DNA of 64,000 bases, taken from NCBI GenBank assembly GCA_964592405.1, contig CAZQBY010000001.1, forward strand, positions 50,459-114,458. Direction: 5' to 3'. The stretch comes from an uncultured archaeon (GTDB lineage Archaea > Altiarchaeota > Altiarchaeia > JAFGQM01). How positions within the stretch are numbered: position 1 is the first letter of the stretch; each line of letters opens with the position of its first letter. The position numbers and the translations under genes were made by a program. The notes under the pieces are model-generated. The model had not been told where the DNA came from, did no database searches, and saw nothing but the letters and a program-made list of their open reading frames with translations. Shown in pieces: positions 36,299 to 46,840 of this stretch.

Positions 36299-36562
36299 TC
36301 ACAACAGCCTCCGCCTCCTCATCCGGGCCCTCTCCTTCATCTTCTGTATGCGGTTGCCGGCCCGGTTCCAGGACTGGCCGACGCCCTCGCCCTTGATATT
36401 GTTCCAGAAGGTCGAGCGGGTGCTGTTGGCCTGCTGGAGGGCCTGCACCCACGGCGGCGGGCTGTTCTCGTCGCTCTTGGGGACCGGCCTGACGTAATAA
36501 GCACGCGGGTCGCGGTTCTTCTTCTTCTTTTCGTCTCCGCCGAAGAGTCCTAGGAGGCCCAT
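36299..36562 (-). CDS. Hypothetical basic protein
   Basis: 87-aa ORF MGLLGLFGG..KKKK..RRRRLL. Confidence 0.5.
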   Translation of the reverse strand: MGLLGLFGGDEKKKKNRDPRAYYVRPVPKSDENSPPPWVQALQQANSTRSTFWNNIKGEGVGQSWNRAGNRIQKMKERARMRRRRLL

Positions 36563-36638
36563 GATAGACTTGAAGCTAGCAGGTTAAAAATCGGGGGTTA
36601 AACCCAACCTTTTCTTTATCCTATCTCTAAAACCTCGG

Positions 36639-38030
36639 ATGACCTTTGAGCAGTTTTACCAGAAGTGCAAGAGCATAGCAGACCAGCTCGTCAAAGAGAA
36701 GAGGCTGACAGTCGTGGGGCATTACGACGCCGACGGCCTTGCCTCCACAGCCATAATGGTCAAAGCCCTGCGCCGCGCAGGGGTGGAGGCCGACTTCATC
36801 AACACCCGCCAGATAGACTCGGACCACATAAAGGAGGTCAACGGCTTTGACCACCCAATAGTCTTCGTGGACATGGGGTCCGGCCAGATAGAGCTTTTGG
36901 AGAAGGAGATAAAAGGCAAGTTCTACATAGTAGACCATCATCCTCCTGTGAAAGAAACCCCCAACCAAATCAATCCATTCCATCATGGCATCGACGGGAC
37001 GCGGGAGCTGTCCGCAACCGGGGTGGCCTATTTTGTCTCTAAGACCATGGATGAGAGGAACAGGGACCTGTCCCAAGTGGGTGTTGTGGGGGCCGTCGGT
37101 GATATGCAGGACTTGCACGGCGGGCTTGTGGGTGCAAACCGCAGGATAATAAAAGATGCTGAGGAGCTCGGCCTCCTGAACGCACACAGAAACCTCACAC
37201 TCTTCGGCCGGCACTCAAGGCCGCTCCCCAAGATGCTTGAATACTGCTCCGAGCCGATGCTCCCCGGTTTAACCGGCAACTATGTGGCCTGCCTCAAGTT
37301 CATAGAGCAGCTGGGGATAGATGTAAGGGATCCACAGACCGGAAAGCCCAGATACTATGTGGACCTGAACCATGAGGAGAGGCAGAAGCTCACTACAGCG
37401 CTTTATATGCTTTTACTGGATCACAACGCCCCCAATCTGGTTACTGATATGCTCATTGGAGAGGTCTATGAGTTCCTCAAGGAAAAGCCCAGGACCGAGC
37501 TGCGTGATGCCAAGGAATTTGCCACCGTTCTCAATGCCTGCGGCCGGCACGAGGAAGGTGAGGTTGGCGTGGCTATCTGTATGGGTGAGCGGGGGGAGGC
37601 ATGGTCCAAAGCCAAACGTCTTCTGGAGAAACACCGCAGGGATCTGCGCGCAGGTCTTGAGTGGGTCAGGTATAACGGAGTGAACGAGATGAAGAATATT
37701 TACTATTTCGACGCGAGTGGGGTTATAAAGGAAACGCTTGTCGGAGTCATTGCCGGTATGATTTATGGTTCTATGGACGTCAGGACTGACAAACCCATAG
37801 TGGCCTTCGGTCTCACGGATGAGGGAGAGATGAAGATATCCGCGCGTGGCAACTATGATCTTGTGAGAAAGGGACTGAGGCTGGGCGAGGCCCTTGATGA
37901 GGCAACCAGACCGCTGGGAGGGGAAGGCGGCGGGCACAATGTCGCTGCCGGTGCCAAGATACCTCCCGAAAAAAGAGAGGAGTTCCTCCAGCGCATGGAT
38001 GAGATTGTCGGGAAGCAGCTGAAGAAATAA
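36639..38030 (+). CDS. DHH phosphoesterase, RecJ/GAN-like ssDNA exonuclease
   Basis: HYDADG, DMGSG, DHH, GAVGD, DHHA1 GGGHNVAAG. Confidence 0.92.
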   Translation: MTFEQFYQKCKSIADQLVKEKRLTVVGHYDADGLASTAIMVKALRRAGVEADFINTRQIDSDHIKEVNGFDHPIVFVDMGSGQIELLEKEIKGKFYIVDHHPPVKETPNQINPFHHGIDGTRELSATGVAYFVSKTMDERNRDLSQVGVVGAVGDMQDLHGGLVGANRRIIKDAEELGLLNAHRNLTLFGRHSRPLPKMLEYCSEPMLPGLTGNYVACLKFIEQLGIDVRDPQTGKPRYYVDLNHEERQKLTTALYMLLLDHNAPNLVTDMLIGEVYEFLKEKPRTELRDAKEFATVLNACGRHEEGEVGVAICMGERGEAWSKAKRLLEKHRRDLRAGLEWVRYNGVNEMKNIYYFDASGVIKETLVGVIAGMIYGSMDVRTDKPIVAFGLTDEGEMKISARGNYDLVRKGLRLGEALDEATRPLGGEGGGHNVAAGAKIPPEKREEFLQRMDEIVGKQLKK

Positions 38031-38133
38031 AAACGTTTTTAAACGAGTTTATTCTATATTCCCGACTCTTTTGAGATTATATTAAGAATAGGGCGGACTA
38101 TCGCTCAAAAACATAAAACCGGATGTTTGGAAA

Positions 38134-39930
38134 ATGACTGAAAAAATGGTTGAGGTAAAACCAAAACTTATAAAAAAGCCATACTGTGAGAAGGACAACA
38201 TAGAACACAATCTTAAGGATTACGAGGAGGCAAGAAAGACATTCAGATGGGAAGATGTGCACAAAAATTTCTCATGGAACGAAACAGGCAAGGTCAATAT
38301 GGCCTATGAGTGTATCGATCGCCATTGCGAGAACGGCATAGCGGATAAGACTGCTTTGATATATGACAGTGATGAAGGAACCGAGAAGTACACTTATGAC
38401 GATTTGAGGAGGCTCTCCAACAAGTTCGCCAACGTGCTGCGCAAATACGGCATAAAGAAGGGCGACAGAGTCTTCATCTTCATGCCGCGCTCTCCGGAGA
38501 TGTATATAGCGATTCTGGGTATCCTGAAGATCGGGGCAATACCCGGCCCGCTGTTTGAGGCATTCATGGGAGAGGCTGTAAAGGACCGCATGCTTGACAG
38601 TCAGGCCGTCATGCTTATAACCACACCCGAGCTGCGCCAGCGTGTCCCTGTAAACGACCTCCCTGATCTGAAAAACATAATCTATGTCCTTGCTGACAAG
38701 GAGTCAAAGCAGGATTACAGACATGAGGCGGATGCAGACATAAGGGACGATATAAAGCTTATCAACTACCATGCAGAGATGGATGTCGCCTCGGAAGACG
38801 CAGAGATAGAATGGCTCGGTCTTGACGATCCTCTGATACTCCACTACACATCCGGCTCAACCGGCAAACCCAAGGGCGTCCTGCATGTCCAGAGGGCAAT
38901 GGTGGGGCACTACCAGACAGGGCTTTGGGTATTGGATCTGAAGCCGGATGATGTCTATTGGTGTACTGCTGATCCGGGTTGGGTGACCGGCACGTCCTAT
39001 GGAATATTTGCCCCTTTCCTGCTTGGAGTGACCAATGTTCTCAAGGGAGGGAGATTTGACGTTGATAAATGGTATAAGTGTATTCAGGAGCACAAGGTTA
39101 CGGTGTGGTATAGTGCACCAACCGCCTTTAGACTTCTGATGGCAAGGGGCCAAGGCAGGGAGAAGAACTATGATCTCTCCAGTCTCAGGGCGATCTACTC
39201 AGTAGGTGAACCCCTGAACCCCGAAGTCATATGGTGGGGTCTTGATGCTTATGGTGTTCCAATCCATGACACTTGGTGGATGACCGAGACCGGTCACCAG
39301 CTGATATGCAACTACCAGTGTATGCCCATAAAACCGGGTTCAATGGGAAAGCCGATACCGGGTGTTGATGCGACCATCCTTGATGACAATGGTAAGGAGG
39401 TGGGGCCGAATGTCATAGGAAATCTTGTTATTAAGAAGGGGTGGCCAGGTATGATGCAACAGATATGGAACAATCCTGAGAAATATAAGAGTTATTTCGA
39501 GTTCGACCCGTGGTACATGAGCGGCGACAGCGCATATGTAGACGAGGATGGCTACTTCTTTTTCGAGGGCAGGATAGACGACGTCATAAAGACCAGTGGA
39601 GAAAGGGTCGGGCCCTTCGAGGTTGAGTCTGCCCTCATCGAGCACCCTGCGGTCGCCGAGGCCGGCGTCATCGGGAAGCCAGACCCAATCAGGGGCCAGA
39701 TAATCAAGGCCTTCGTCTCCCTTAATCCGGGCGTCGAGGGCACGGAAGAGCTCAAGAAGGAGATAATGGACTTCGTCAAGACGCACCTGGCCGCGCACGC
39801 GAAGCCGAGGGAAATAGAGTTCGTGGACAAGCTCCCCAAGACGCGAAGCGGGAAGATAATGAGGCGCGTCCTGAAGGCGAGGGAGCTGGGTCTGCCGACC
39901 GGCGATTTGTCGACGATAGCGGACGACTAA
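38134..39930 (+). CDS. acsA: AMP-forming acetyl-CoA synthetase
   Basis: YTSGSTGKPKG, WCTADPGW, SVGEPLN, DTWWMTETG, PKTRSGKIMRR. Confidence 0.95.
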   Translation: MTEKMVEVKPKLIKKPYCEKDNIEHNLKDYEEARKTFRWEDVHKNFSWNETGKVNMAYECIDRHCENGIADKTALIYDSDEGTEKYTYDDLRRLSNKFANVLRKYGIKKGDRVFIFMPRSPEMYIAILGILKIGAIPGPLFEAFMGEAVKDRMLDSQAVMLITTPELRQRVPVNDLPDLKNIIYVLADKESKQDYRHEADADIRDDIKLINYHAEMDVASEDAEIEWLGLDDPLILHYTSGSTGKPKGVLHVQRAMVGHYQTGLWVLDLKPDDVYWCTADPGWVTGTSYGIFAPFLLGVTNVLKGGRFDVDKWYKCIQEHKVTVWYSAPTAFRLLMARGQGREKNYDLSSLRAIYSVGEPLNPEVIWWGLDAYGVPIHDTWWMTETGHQLICNYQCMPIKPGSMGKPIPGVDATILDDNGKEVGPNVIGNLVIKKGWPGMMQQIWNNPEKYKSYFEFDPWYMSGDSAYVDEDGYFFFEGRIDDVIKTSGERVGPFEVESALIEHPAVAEAGVIGKPDPIRGQIIKAFVSLNPGVEGTEELKKEIMDFVKTHLAAHAKPREIEFVDKLPKTRSGKIMRRVLKARELGLPTGDLSTIADD

Positions 39931-40024
39931 GTCCGCCTTTTAATTCTTTTCCTCTTTTTTCCTTGTTCTTTTTTACCTTAAGCCGGGTTAGATTCTGCAA
40001 AAAATAAAGAAAGAGCGCCACTTC

Positions 40025-40582
40025 TTACAGCGGCAGCACTCTCTTCCCGTAGACCTCATTCAGCACCTGCCCGGCGGCGGTGTAGATGGCGGAGAACCCG
40101 CACAATATGCCCTCAAAGCCCGCGATAACGGTTATCGCCGCGATGCCCGTGGCATCGCCGATTGCCAGCAGGAAGAACAGTATGGTCAGTGTCAGGAAGA
40201 CAACCTGCAAAGACCGGTTCAGCTTGAGCGTCCCCACGAACATGAACGCCGTGAACACGCCCCACATAGCCAGATAGGCGGCCATGGCGCCCTTGGAGAC
40301 GGCCACCGAGAGCCCCAGCTGGGGCAGCAGCAGTATTGCCACGAGCGACAGCCAGAAGAGCCCGTAGGACAAAAAGGCCGTAGTACCAAATGTATTTCCG
40401 TTCTTGTATTCCATGACCCCGGCGAATATCTGGGCGAGGCCTCCGTAGAATATCCCCATGGCCATTATCATGCCTAGGGAGTCCATCCCAAGGAGTCCTG
40501 CATTGTGGATGTTCAGCAGGACGGTCGTCAGTCCGAAGCCCAGCAGCCCCAACGGGGCTGGATTGGCAGTTCCTTCAACCAT
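40025..40582 (-). CDS. satP: Acetate/succinate transporter, GPR1/FUN34/YaaH family
   Basis: [30 protein letters not shown]. Confidence 0.95.
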   Translation of the reverse strand: MVEGTANPAPLGLLGFGLTTVLLNIHNAGLLGMDSLGMIMAMGIFYGGLAQIFAGVMEYKNGNTFGTTAFLSYGLFWLSLVAILLLPQLGLSVAVSKGAMAAYLAMWGVFTAFMFVGTLKLNRSLQVVFLTLTILFFLLAIGDATGIAAITVIAGFEGILCGFSAIYTAAGQVLNEVYGKRVLPL

Positions 40583-40632
40583 TTGCCGGTAATTTGGAAT
40601 TCGACAAATAAATATTTTTCGGCGTTGCCCTC

Positions 40633-41115
40633 TCAGCGGCGGGGCTTCCTGCGACCGACTCTGACGCCCACTGGGCCGGCAGGCTTTGGCTTATTTCTAG
40701 CCCTCCGAGGCCTAATCGCAACAGGATCCCTTTTACTCCCTTTCTCTTGGAGTCTTTTCCTGAGGTCGTACTCTTCCAGGGCCTTCAGGGCTTTTTCAAG
40801 CCTCCTCTCAGCCTCTCGAGATCCTGTAACTATCATCGCACCCATCGTCGGAATCAGGCCGGACCCCCTTGTCCTTTTGAACTTCCTTTGTGCTTCTTCG
40901 ACCTTCCATATCAGGACCGCTCTCTTCGGATCTTCACCTCTCCTCATGGAATCTTCAATAATCCTGATGCCATCCTGCACATCCTTCAGCCTTGTTGTCA
41001 TCCACTCAGGGGCTTTCTGCCCGTCTTCACGACCTCCATGGGATTTAATAGCATTTCTAAGTTCTTCTGCCTCTCTTCTTAATCCTATCAGGACATCCTT
41101 GGGTCTCTCTTTCAT
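40633..41115 (-). CDS. Hypothetical basic protein
   Basis: 160-aa ORF, Arg/Lys/Pro-rich tail. Confidence 0.6.
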   Translation of the reverse strand: MKERPKDVLIGLRREAEELRNAIKSHGGREDGQKAPEWMTTRLKDVQDGIRIIEDSMRRGEDPKRAVLIWKVEEAQRKFKRTRGSGLIPTMGAMIVTGSREAERRLEKALKALEEYDLRKRLQEKGSKRDPVAIRPRRARNKPKPAGPVGVRVGRRKPRR

Positions 41116-41123
41116 TTTCGGGT

Positions 41124-41239
41124 TTGTTGTTATTTGTTGTTATTGTGTTATCCGCGTTTATAGTATTTTGTACTGTGTTTATAGTATTTAGTATTTTTAT
41201 AGTATTAAATAGTGCCAATAAAATAGTGCCAATAGTGCC
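41124..41239. repeat. Intergenic short tandem repeats
   Basis: TTTATAGTATT x3 (41157, 41178, 41196); AATAGTGCC x3 (41208, 41222, 41231); TTGTTGTTATT x2. Confidence 0.8.
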
Positions 41240-41306
41240 CTTAGCGCCTTTCTTGGACCATTTCCTTTTGGGACTTTTAATATATCCTTACATAAGAAAA
41301 AAGAAC

Positions 41307-42194
41307 ATGCTTGAGTCAATAATCTCTCCCGGGACCGCAGAGAGAAAACCTTGGGACATGACAATCCTGGGTTTTGTCATAGCGAGTGTAGCGGTCTGGT
41401 TGGGTTATTATCTGGCAGGTTACATGCTGGTACCGGCCTCTATGGTGGTCCTCGCTGTGGCAATCATTGCCCTGGCACCGCTGATGCACCGGGTTATTGT
41501 CATAGAGGAATGGGAGGAGGAAGCCTGTTGCCATGGCTCTCTAACCGGTTTCATAACGCGGCACATAGATGTTATAGGCATGTATTCATTTCTGTTTGTT
41601 GGCCTCTTGGCGGCTTTTTCCTTCTGGTATGTGGTTCTCCCTTATGAGGCCGATGGCATGCCGTCCGGCAGTACAGTCTTCGGAGTTCAGGAGTCGGCCA
41701 TCACCGGCCTGCAGCAGCATATAACCGGCAGGGCACTGGAAGCTGCGAAGAGCGGGATGCCTGAGGACCCGGCCACAGTCAGTAACAGGTTTACTCTTCT
41801 GTATGAAAACAATATGCGGATAATGCTGTTCTGTTTTCTGGCATCCTTCCTCTTTGGTGCAGGGGCTATATGGCTAATAGCCTGGAATGCCTCCACCATA
41901 GGTGTTTTCATAGGCAGTCTAATAAGAACCGAACTGTTCCCGGTTTCACCGGTGTATGCCTACCTCATAGGCTTTCCCTACTACTCGCTGAGTATTGCCC
42001 TTTGGGCCATACCGGAGATTCTTGCCTATCTGGTCGCAGGCATAGCTGGTGGCATAGTCTCTGTTGCTGTAGCCCGCCACCATTTCAGGAGTGAGCGCTT
42101 TTGGCTGACAGTCTTCGACGGCATGCTTTTTATGATAATAGCAGCCCTGCTGGTCTTTCTGGGCGCATACATTGAGCACTTTTTTGTCATTTGA
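41307..42194 (+). CDS. Stage II sporulation protein M (DUF95)-like membrane protein
   Basis: LYENN, FLFGAGAIWLIAWNASTIG, IPEILAY..AG.AGG, GAYIE; ATG 41307 preferred because upstream extension is repeats. Confidence 0.8.
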   Translation: MLESIISPGTAERKPWDMTILGFVIASVAVWLGYYLAGYMLVPASMVVLAVAIIALAPLMHRVIVIEEWEEEACCHGSLTGFITRHIDVIGMYSFLFVGLLAAFSFWYVVLPYEADGMPSGSTVFGVQESAITGLQQHITGRALEAAKSGMPEDPATVSNRFTLLYENNMRIMLFCFLASFLFGAGAIWLIAWNASTIGVFIGSLIRTELFPVSPVYAYLIGFPYYSLSIALWAIPEILAYLVAGIAGGIVSVAVARHHFRSERFWLTVFDGMLFMIIAALLVFLGAYIEHFFVI

Positions 42195-42223
42195 TCCGGT
42201 AGATAAATGAATGCAGTAAGTAA

Positions 42224-42793
42224 ATGACCAGAATACTGATCGTAGATAACGGGGGACAGTACGTCCACCGCATCTGGCGCAGCCTGCGCGAGATAGGCAT
42301 GGACTCCAAGATGGTAAAGCCTGTCCGGGTTCATGAGAAGCTGGTATCCGAAAAACCCGCCGGTATCATACTAAGCGGCGGCCCCACATCCGTTTATGAT
42401 GATGATTTGGGTCTTTCCAGAGAGCTGCTTGAGCGGGACTTGCCCGTGCTTGGCATATGCTGGGGACACCAGTTCATAGCACATGCTATGGGGGGCAGGG
42501 TAAAGTACGGGGACAGGGGTGAGTACGGCTACAGTATGATAGTTGTGGATGATGAGGATATTATACTACGGGGGATGCCCAAGAGCTTTCAGGCGTGGGT
42601 GTCCCACCGTGATGAGGTTGTAGAGCTTCCACCGGGTTTTGTAGCACTTGCACATTCTGAGACCTGTAGAATCGAGGCCATGCGCCACAAAAATAGGCCG
42701 ATCTTCGGAGTCCAGTTCCATCCGGAGGTTTTCCATACCCACGGCGGCAAAACCATACTGAAAAACTTTGTGGAGGTGTGCAAAAACAGGTAG
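42224..42793 (+). CDS. guaAA: GMP synthase glutamine amidotransferase subunit A
   Basis: VDNGGQY, ILSGGP, GICWGHQ, SHRDEV, QFHPEV. Confidence 0.93.
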   Translation: MTRILIVDNGGQYVHRIWRSLREIGMDSKMVKPVRVHEKLVSEKPAGIILSGGPTSVYDDDLGLSRELLERDLPVLGICWGHQFIAHAMGGRVKYGDRGEYGYSMIVVDDEDIILRGMPKSFQAWVSHRDEVVELPPGFVALAHSETCRIEAMRHKNRPIFGVQFHPEVFHTHGGKTILKNFVEVCKNR

Positions 42794-42905
42794 CATCCCC
42801 CGGGCAAATCACATGCGCCGAAGGCTGCACCACGGGTAAAGGAATTATCCTCCCTTTTTCATAACCAAGACAGTAAATTAAACAACCCAAAATCTCGAGA
42901 GGTGT

Positions 42906-43343
42906 ATGATGGCCGACGAGAACGAAGAACTGATGGACCTTCTGGAAAAGCTGAAGGCAATGAAATCCCCGGGAGAGGGCGGGGACATGAAGGTCACACT
43001 TCCGGAAAAAACAGAAGAGAAACAGACAAAAGAGAAACAGACAAAAGAGGAAAAAACAGAAAAGACCGCAGGTGAAGAGAAGAAGGCCAGAGAAGAAAGT
43101 CCGGCGGTCATCACAAGGTCCATTCTGGAAAAGATTGAAGAGGTGGAGAAAGACATACGCTCAAAGGAAAATCAAATAAACATAGATCTGGAGAAGCTTG
43201 AGTCGCTTGTCGAGGATCTGGAGGAAAGGGAGAAGGAGCTCCTCAGGAGGGAAAAACGCGTCGCTGCCAAGGATAAACAGGTCACAAAGGAGCTTGAGGA
43301 TATGAGGAGGATAAAAGAAGAACTTCAGAAGATACTCAAATAG
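42906..43343 (+). CDS. Charged coiled-coil protein
   Basis: Glu/Lys-rich heptads; GAGGTG RBS upstream. Confidence 0.7.
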   Translation: MMADENEELMDLLEKLKAMKSPGEGGDMKVTLPEKTEEKQTKEKQTKEEKTEKTAGEEKKAREESPAVITRSILEKIEEVEKDIRSKENQINIDLEKLESLVEDLEEREKELLRREKRVAAKDKQVTKELEDMRRIKEELQKILK

Positions 43344-43727
43344 CTGCCTGGCCGGCCGAATCGGCATTTTTATAGGCCAATCATCTAGAATATACGCCAG
43401 CCGGAGAGGTATCACCTGATAACATGTCCCTGAACATATCTCTCAAACAAAAAACAAAAAATAAACAAAAACCATAACCCAAAAAAGGGTCGGGAAACGA
43501 AACCTTTTTATAGGTTGTGGGTTTAACATACACAAAAATCTAAGAGAATCCAAGAGAAGCGAAGTTTCAGGAGCAGGGTTTAGTCTCAGTTTTGTGACTA
43601 TCCCAGACGGAGTCGCAAAACACAAAACATAACGAAAACCAAAACAAAAAAATAACAAAACAAAGAAAAAATCATGTTTTTAACGGCGATTTGCCGTGTT
43701 ATCTACATAAAACAATTTGGTGAAAAA

Positions 43728-46700
43728 ATGAAGACCACAACAATTGGAAGGATCGGTGCTATTGTGACCGGTGCTGCAATGTTGGGTACTGCTATTGCCA
43801 GCGCTCTTGCGGGAGCGCAGGTAACCGTTCCGAATAATCTGGATAGCGGCTTCTTCCTCGACCAGAACATGAACCCCAACGTTCAGGTTGTGGTCGGTGA
43901 GAAGGCTCAGGCCTCGGACGGTGCAGTGGCAGGACAAATTGCAGCCATAATTGGCAACATGGCATTTAAGACTACCACGACCACTGCAAGTGGTGGAACC
44001 GTGGATGTCGAGGGTGGCACGACAACGTGCACGCCATCTTCAGCCGAGTGTCAGGCTGGTGAAGCTGAAGGCCAGGTGACACTTAGCTGGGAGGCCGTAG
44101 GAATGGTAGGTGAGTTGCAGCAGAAGCAGATGGACTGTGACATCTACGAGAATTCGGACGGTCTGTTAATGACCGACCTGGACGACGGAGGTGACAGTGG
44201 CTCCTTCTGTGATTCTGACAAGACCTCTTCGGAGGTGTACGGACCAGAGGATACAGTGGGAACCACGCTGGTAGGCGCCTGTGAGACTGGTGCCGGAGCT
44301 GATGTAACACTCCTGAAGTCAGGGGAGTTTGCAAATGAGATATGCACAGTCTGTTACAACTACTGTGACATAGCCCTTGGATGTGAGCCCCACCTCATGT
44401 CTGAGTGGGTGAACATAACCTGCGGCTACATGTCACTAGGATACGACTGCGACAACGAGGCACTTGTGCTTGTTGTGGAAGACAATGCCATCAAGTACAA
44501 TGTCTTCATGGACGATGTGCTGACCAAGGACGTCCTTGACGAGGACGGCGACCTGATAGGCCAGTCATACCTCGGGAAGATGATCTTGGGCCAGAACGAG
44601 TACTATGTTGAAGACATCACCGATGATTCGATAACCATAGTCTGCGGTGACACTGGTACAGCGACGACTTCGACCCCGATGGTCTACACACCTCCGGCTG
44701 AAGGAAGCGCCTGTGACGCTGCTGACAGCGGACAGGAATACTCCATAAAACTGGTCGGTGCGCAGACAATCGAGGAGAAGGGTGTTGTTGACGTAACCCT
44801 TGAGGTAACGAAGCCTGATGGAACCACCGAACAGGTGACCTCCGGAATCTCCGGAACACCGGTCGTTGGTGACATCAAGGTAAAGCTCCAGAAGGGAACA
44901 GCAGCATCCAATGTGATAACAGGTGAACAGTCCTTCTCGGCTGACCTGCTGGTCTGGTACGTCCCCTCCGAGTATACGTTTGAGGACGATGAGCGCTACA
45001 CGGCAGAGGGCGTAGAGGACAGCGACGGAATCTGGGAACTGGACTTCAACGGCGGAGAAACCCTGTACGTCACTGATGTCGAGGATCTGGAGGACGACGA
45101 GGAGCTTGTCAGCGGTGTGCCACTGCCGGACGACATAGAGGAGAACGACCAGTGGGATGACTGCTACGACGAGGTGGACGAGGACGACGAGGAAACCGAA
45201 ATCGTCAGGTACCTGGAGTTCTCTCTGCAGAGGGAGGACGACACAGAGCTGCCGGAGGGCGAGATGATACAGCTGCCGTTCAACGACGGTTTGTATCTAC
45301 TGAGCGACCTGCAGTTCGGCTACATGGGCCTGATGAACGAGGACTTCCTGCCGGACGACCTTGTGGACACCACGACCATCAACATCGATGTGAGCGACAT
45401 CAAGGTCCGCAACAACACTGATGAGGACGAGGCGCTCTACAGGGAGGTGACAGTCGATTTCGTCGACCAGTGGGGCGACATGATGGACGACGTCAGGATA
45501 GATGAAGGTCCATACCAGGAGGGCGATCTATTCTTCGACTGCAACACCGTCTACCGTGTGGACTCCATCGAGTATTCGGAAGATCGGGACGAGGTAGTAG
45601 TCGAATACTCCGCCAAGGAGGGCGCCGAGTGGACCGAGTACGAGAAGGAGAGCGACGCCGATGCCGGAGAAGCGTGTAACATCTCGACAGCCAACGCAGA
45701 AGGGACCTATGAGAACGTGACCGTCAACTCACAGGTGCAGGATGAGACAGTCAACTTCACGGAGGGCTGGCACACCACCTCATGTGGCTCGTCCACCAGT
45801 GACTGGATCGTCAGGAACCTAAGTGAGACCAACGAGAACGAGTGGGAGCTGTGGGTCGACAGGGACGCTGACCAGGACATGGAGCTCGCGAACACATGTG
45901 GCGACTCCTGCTGTGCTTCTTCAGGCGGCAGGGTCAGCACAGAGTTCAAGAACGATGTCTGGTTCTGCGCCTATGGCGACACCATAATCCTCGACGGTGC
46001 TACCGACACGGGCGGCGAGGATGAGGTTGAGATAAACCTGGCCGACACCACGTCGATAACCCTCAACGAGGAGGGTTGCAGCGCCTGCTCGTACGACGAC
46101 GGCGACTGTGAGGACTTCGGAAATGAGGAAGATGGCTCACTAATCTCACTGAGCGGTGCGCAGATAACCACCGACACCTCGGAGATTGAGGAGCCAGAGG
46201 ACTCCGGTGAGGACACAGATGTTCTATCCCAGGTAACCCTGGTAGTACCGGAGGATGAGCTAAGGCCGACCATCTTCTTCGGTGTCCAGAGCACACTGAA
46301 CACGTCCTCCATAACCATAACGGAGGCTGATGAGGGTTCAGTGGTCAACATCGGTGGAGTCGATGTGACAGTAGAGGACTTCGGCGTTTCAGTCACCGGA
46401 GGCGGACTGGTCGTCGGTGAAGAGGTGGAGGTGAGCTGTCCAGGACAGACAGTAACCTGCCCCGACGTCACCGTGGAGACCAAGGCCCCGGCTGATCTGA
46501 AATACAAGCTGGTTGTAGTTGAGGGCTCACAGACAGCTACCAACCTGGTGCTGATCGGTGGTCCGTCAGTCAACAGCTTGACGAAGGGCATCGTGTCAGT
46601 CGATGAGCTCTGTCCGAACAACGAGGTCATAAAGCTGAGCGGCAGCAAGCTGGTTGTAGCCGGTTGTGAGGCTGCTGACACAGCATCTGCTGCAGAAGCC

Positions 46701-46733
46701 CTACAGACCTGGTTGAAGGAGAAGCTCGCATAA
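43728..46733 (+). CDS. S-layer protein (acidic, Cys-rich)
   Basis: Signal peptide, VVVGEKAQASDG N-motif, NLVLIGGPSVN and VVAG..ADT..AA C-motifs; GGTGA RBS; biased codon usage. Confidence 0.88.
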   Translation: MKTTTIGRIGAIVTGAAMLGTAIASALAGAQVTVPNNLDSGFFLDQNMNPNVQVVVGEKAQASDGAVAGQIAAIIGNMAFKTTTTTASGGTVDVEGGTTTCTPSSAECQAGEAEGQVTLSWEAVGMVGELQQKQMDCDIYENSDGLLMTDLDDGGDSGSFCDSDKTSSEVYGPEDTVGTTLVGACETGAGADVTLLKSGEFANEICTVCYNYCDIALGCEPHLMSEWVNITCGYMSLGYDCDNEALVLVVEDNAIKYNVFMDDVLTKDVLDEDGDLIGQSYLGKMILGQNEYYVEDITDDSITIVCGDTGTATTSTPMVYTPPAEGSACDAADSGQEYSIKLVGAQTIEEKGVVDVTLEVTKPDGTTEQVTSGISGTPVVGDIKVKLQKGTAASNVITGEQSFSADLLVWYVPSEYTFEDDERYTAEGVEDSDGIWELDFNGGETLYVTDVEDLEDDEELVSGVPLPDDIEENDQWDDCYDEVDEDDEETEIVRYLEFSLQREDDTELPEGEMIQLPFNDGLYLLSDLQFGYMGLMNEDFLPDDLVDTTTINIDVSDIKVRNNTDEDEALYREVTVDFVDQWGDMMDDVRIDEGPYQEGDLFFDCNTVYRVDSIEYSEDRDEVVVEYSAKEGAEWTEYEKESDADAGEACNISTANAEGTYENVTVNSQVQDETVNFTEGWHTTSCGSSTSDWIVRNLSETNENEWELWVDRDADQDMELANTCGDSCCASSGGRVSTEFKNDVWFCAYGDTIILDGATDTGGEDEVEINLADTTSITLNEEGCSACSYDDGDCEDFGNEEDGSLISLSGAQITTDTSEIEEPEDSGEDTDVLSQVTLVVPEDELRPTIFFGVQSTLNTSSITITEADEGSVVNIGGVDVTVEDFGVSVTGGGLVVGEEVEVSCPGQTVTCPDVTVETKAPADLKYKLVVVEGSQTATNLVLIGGPSVNSLTKGIVSVDELCPNNEVIKLSGSKLVVAGCEAADTASAAEALQTWLKEKLA

Positions 46734-46742
46734 GCCAGTATT

Positions 46743-46797
46743 CCCCCCTAAAGGGGGGCCTTTTTCCTTTTTATTTTTCTTTTTCCAATTCCTTTTT
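46743..46797 (+). terminator. Hairpin plus T-tracts after S-layer gene
   Basis: CCCCCC-TAAA-GGGGGG followed by multiple T runs. Confidence 0.7.
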
Positions 46798-46840
46798 CTA
46801 ATTCCTGCTTCTAATATCCTGTCTGTTTAGCGTTAGCAGT

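Noticed and set aside
41124-41306. Hydrophobic N-terminal extension of the SpoIIM-like ORF
   Set aside because: Translation of T-rich tandem repeats; real start is probably 41307
45971-46681. 236-aa antisense ORF in the S-layer gene, and similar long antisense ORFs elsewhere
   Set aside because: Expected by-product of biased codon usage on the coding strand; Ser/Thr-rich with no motifs
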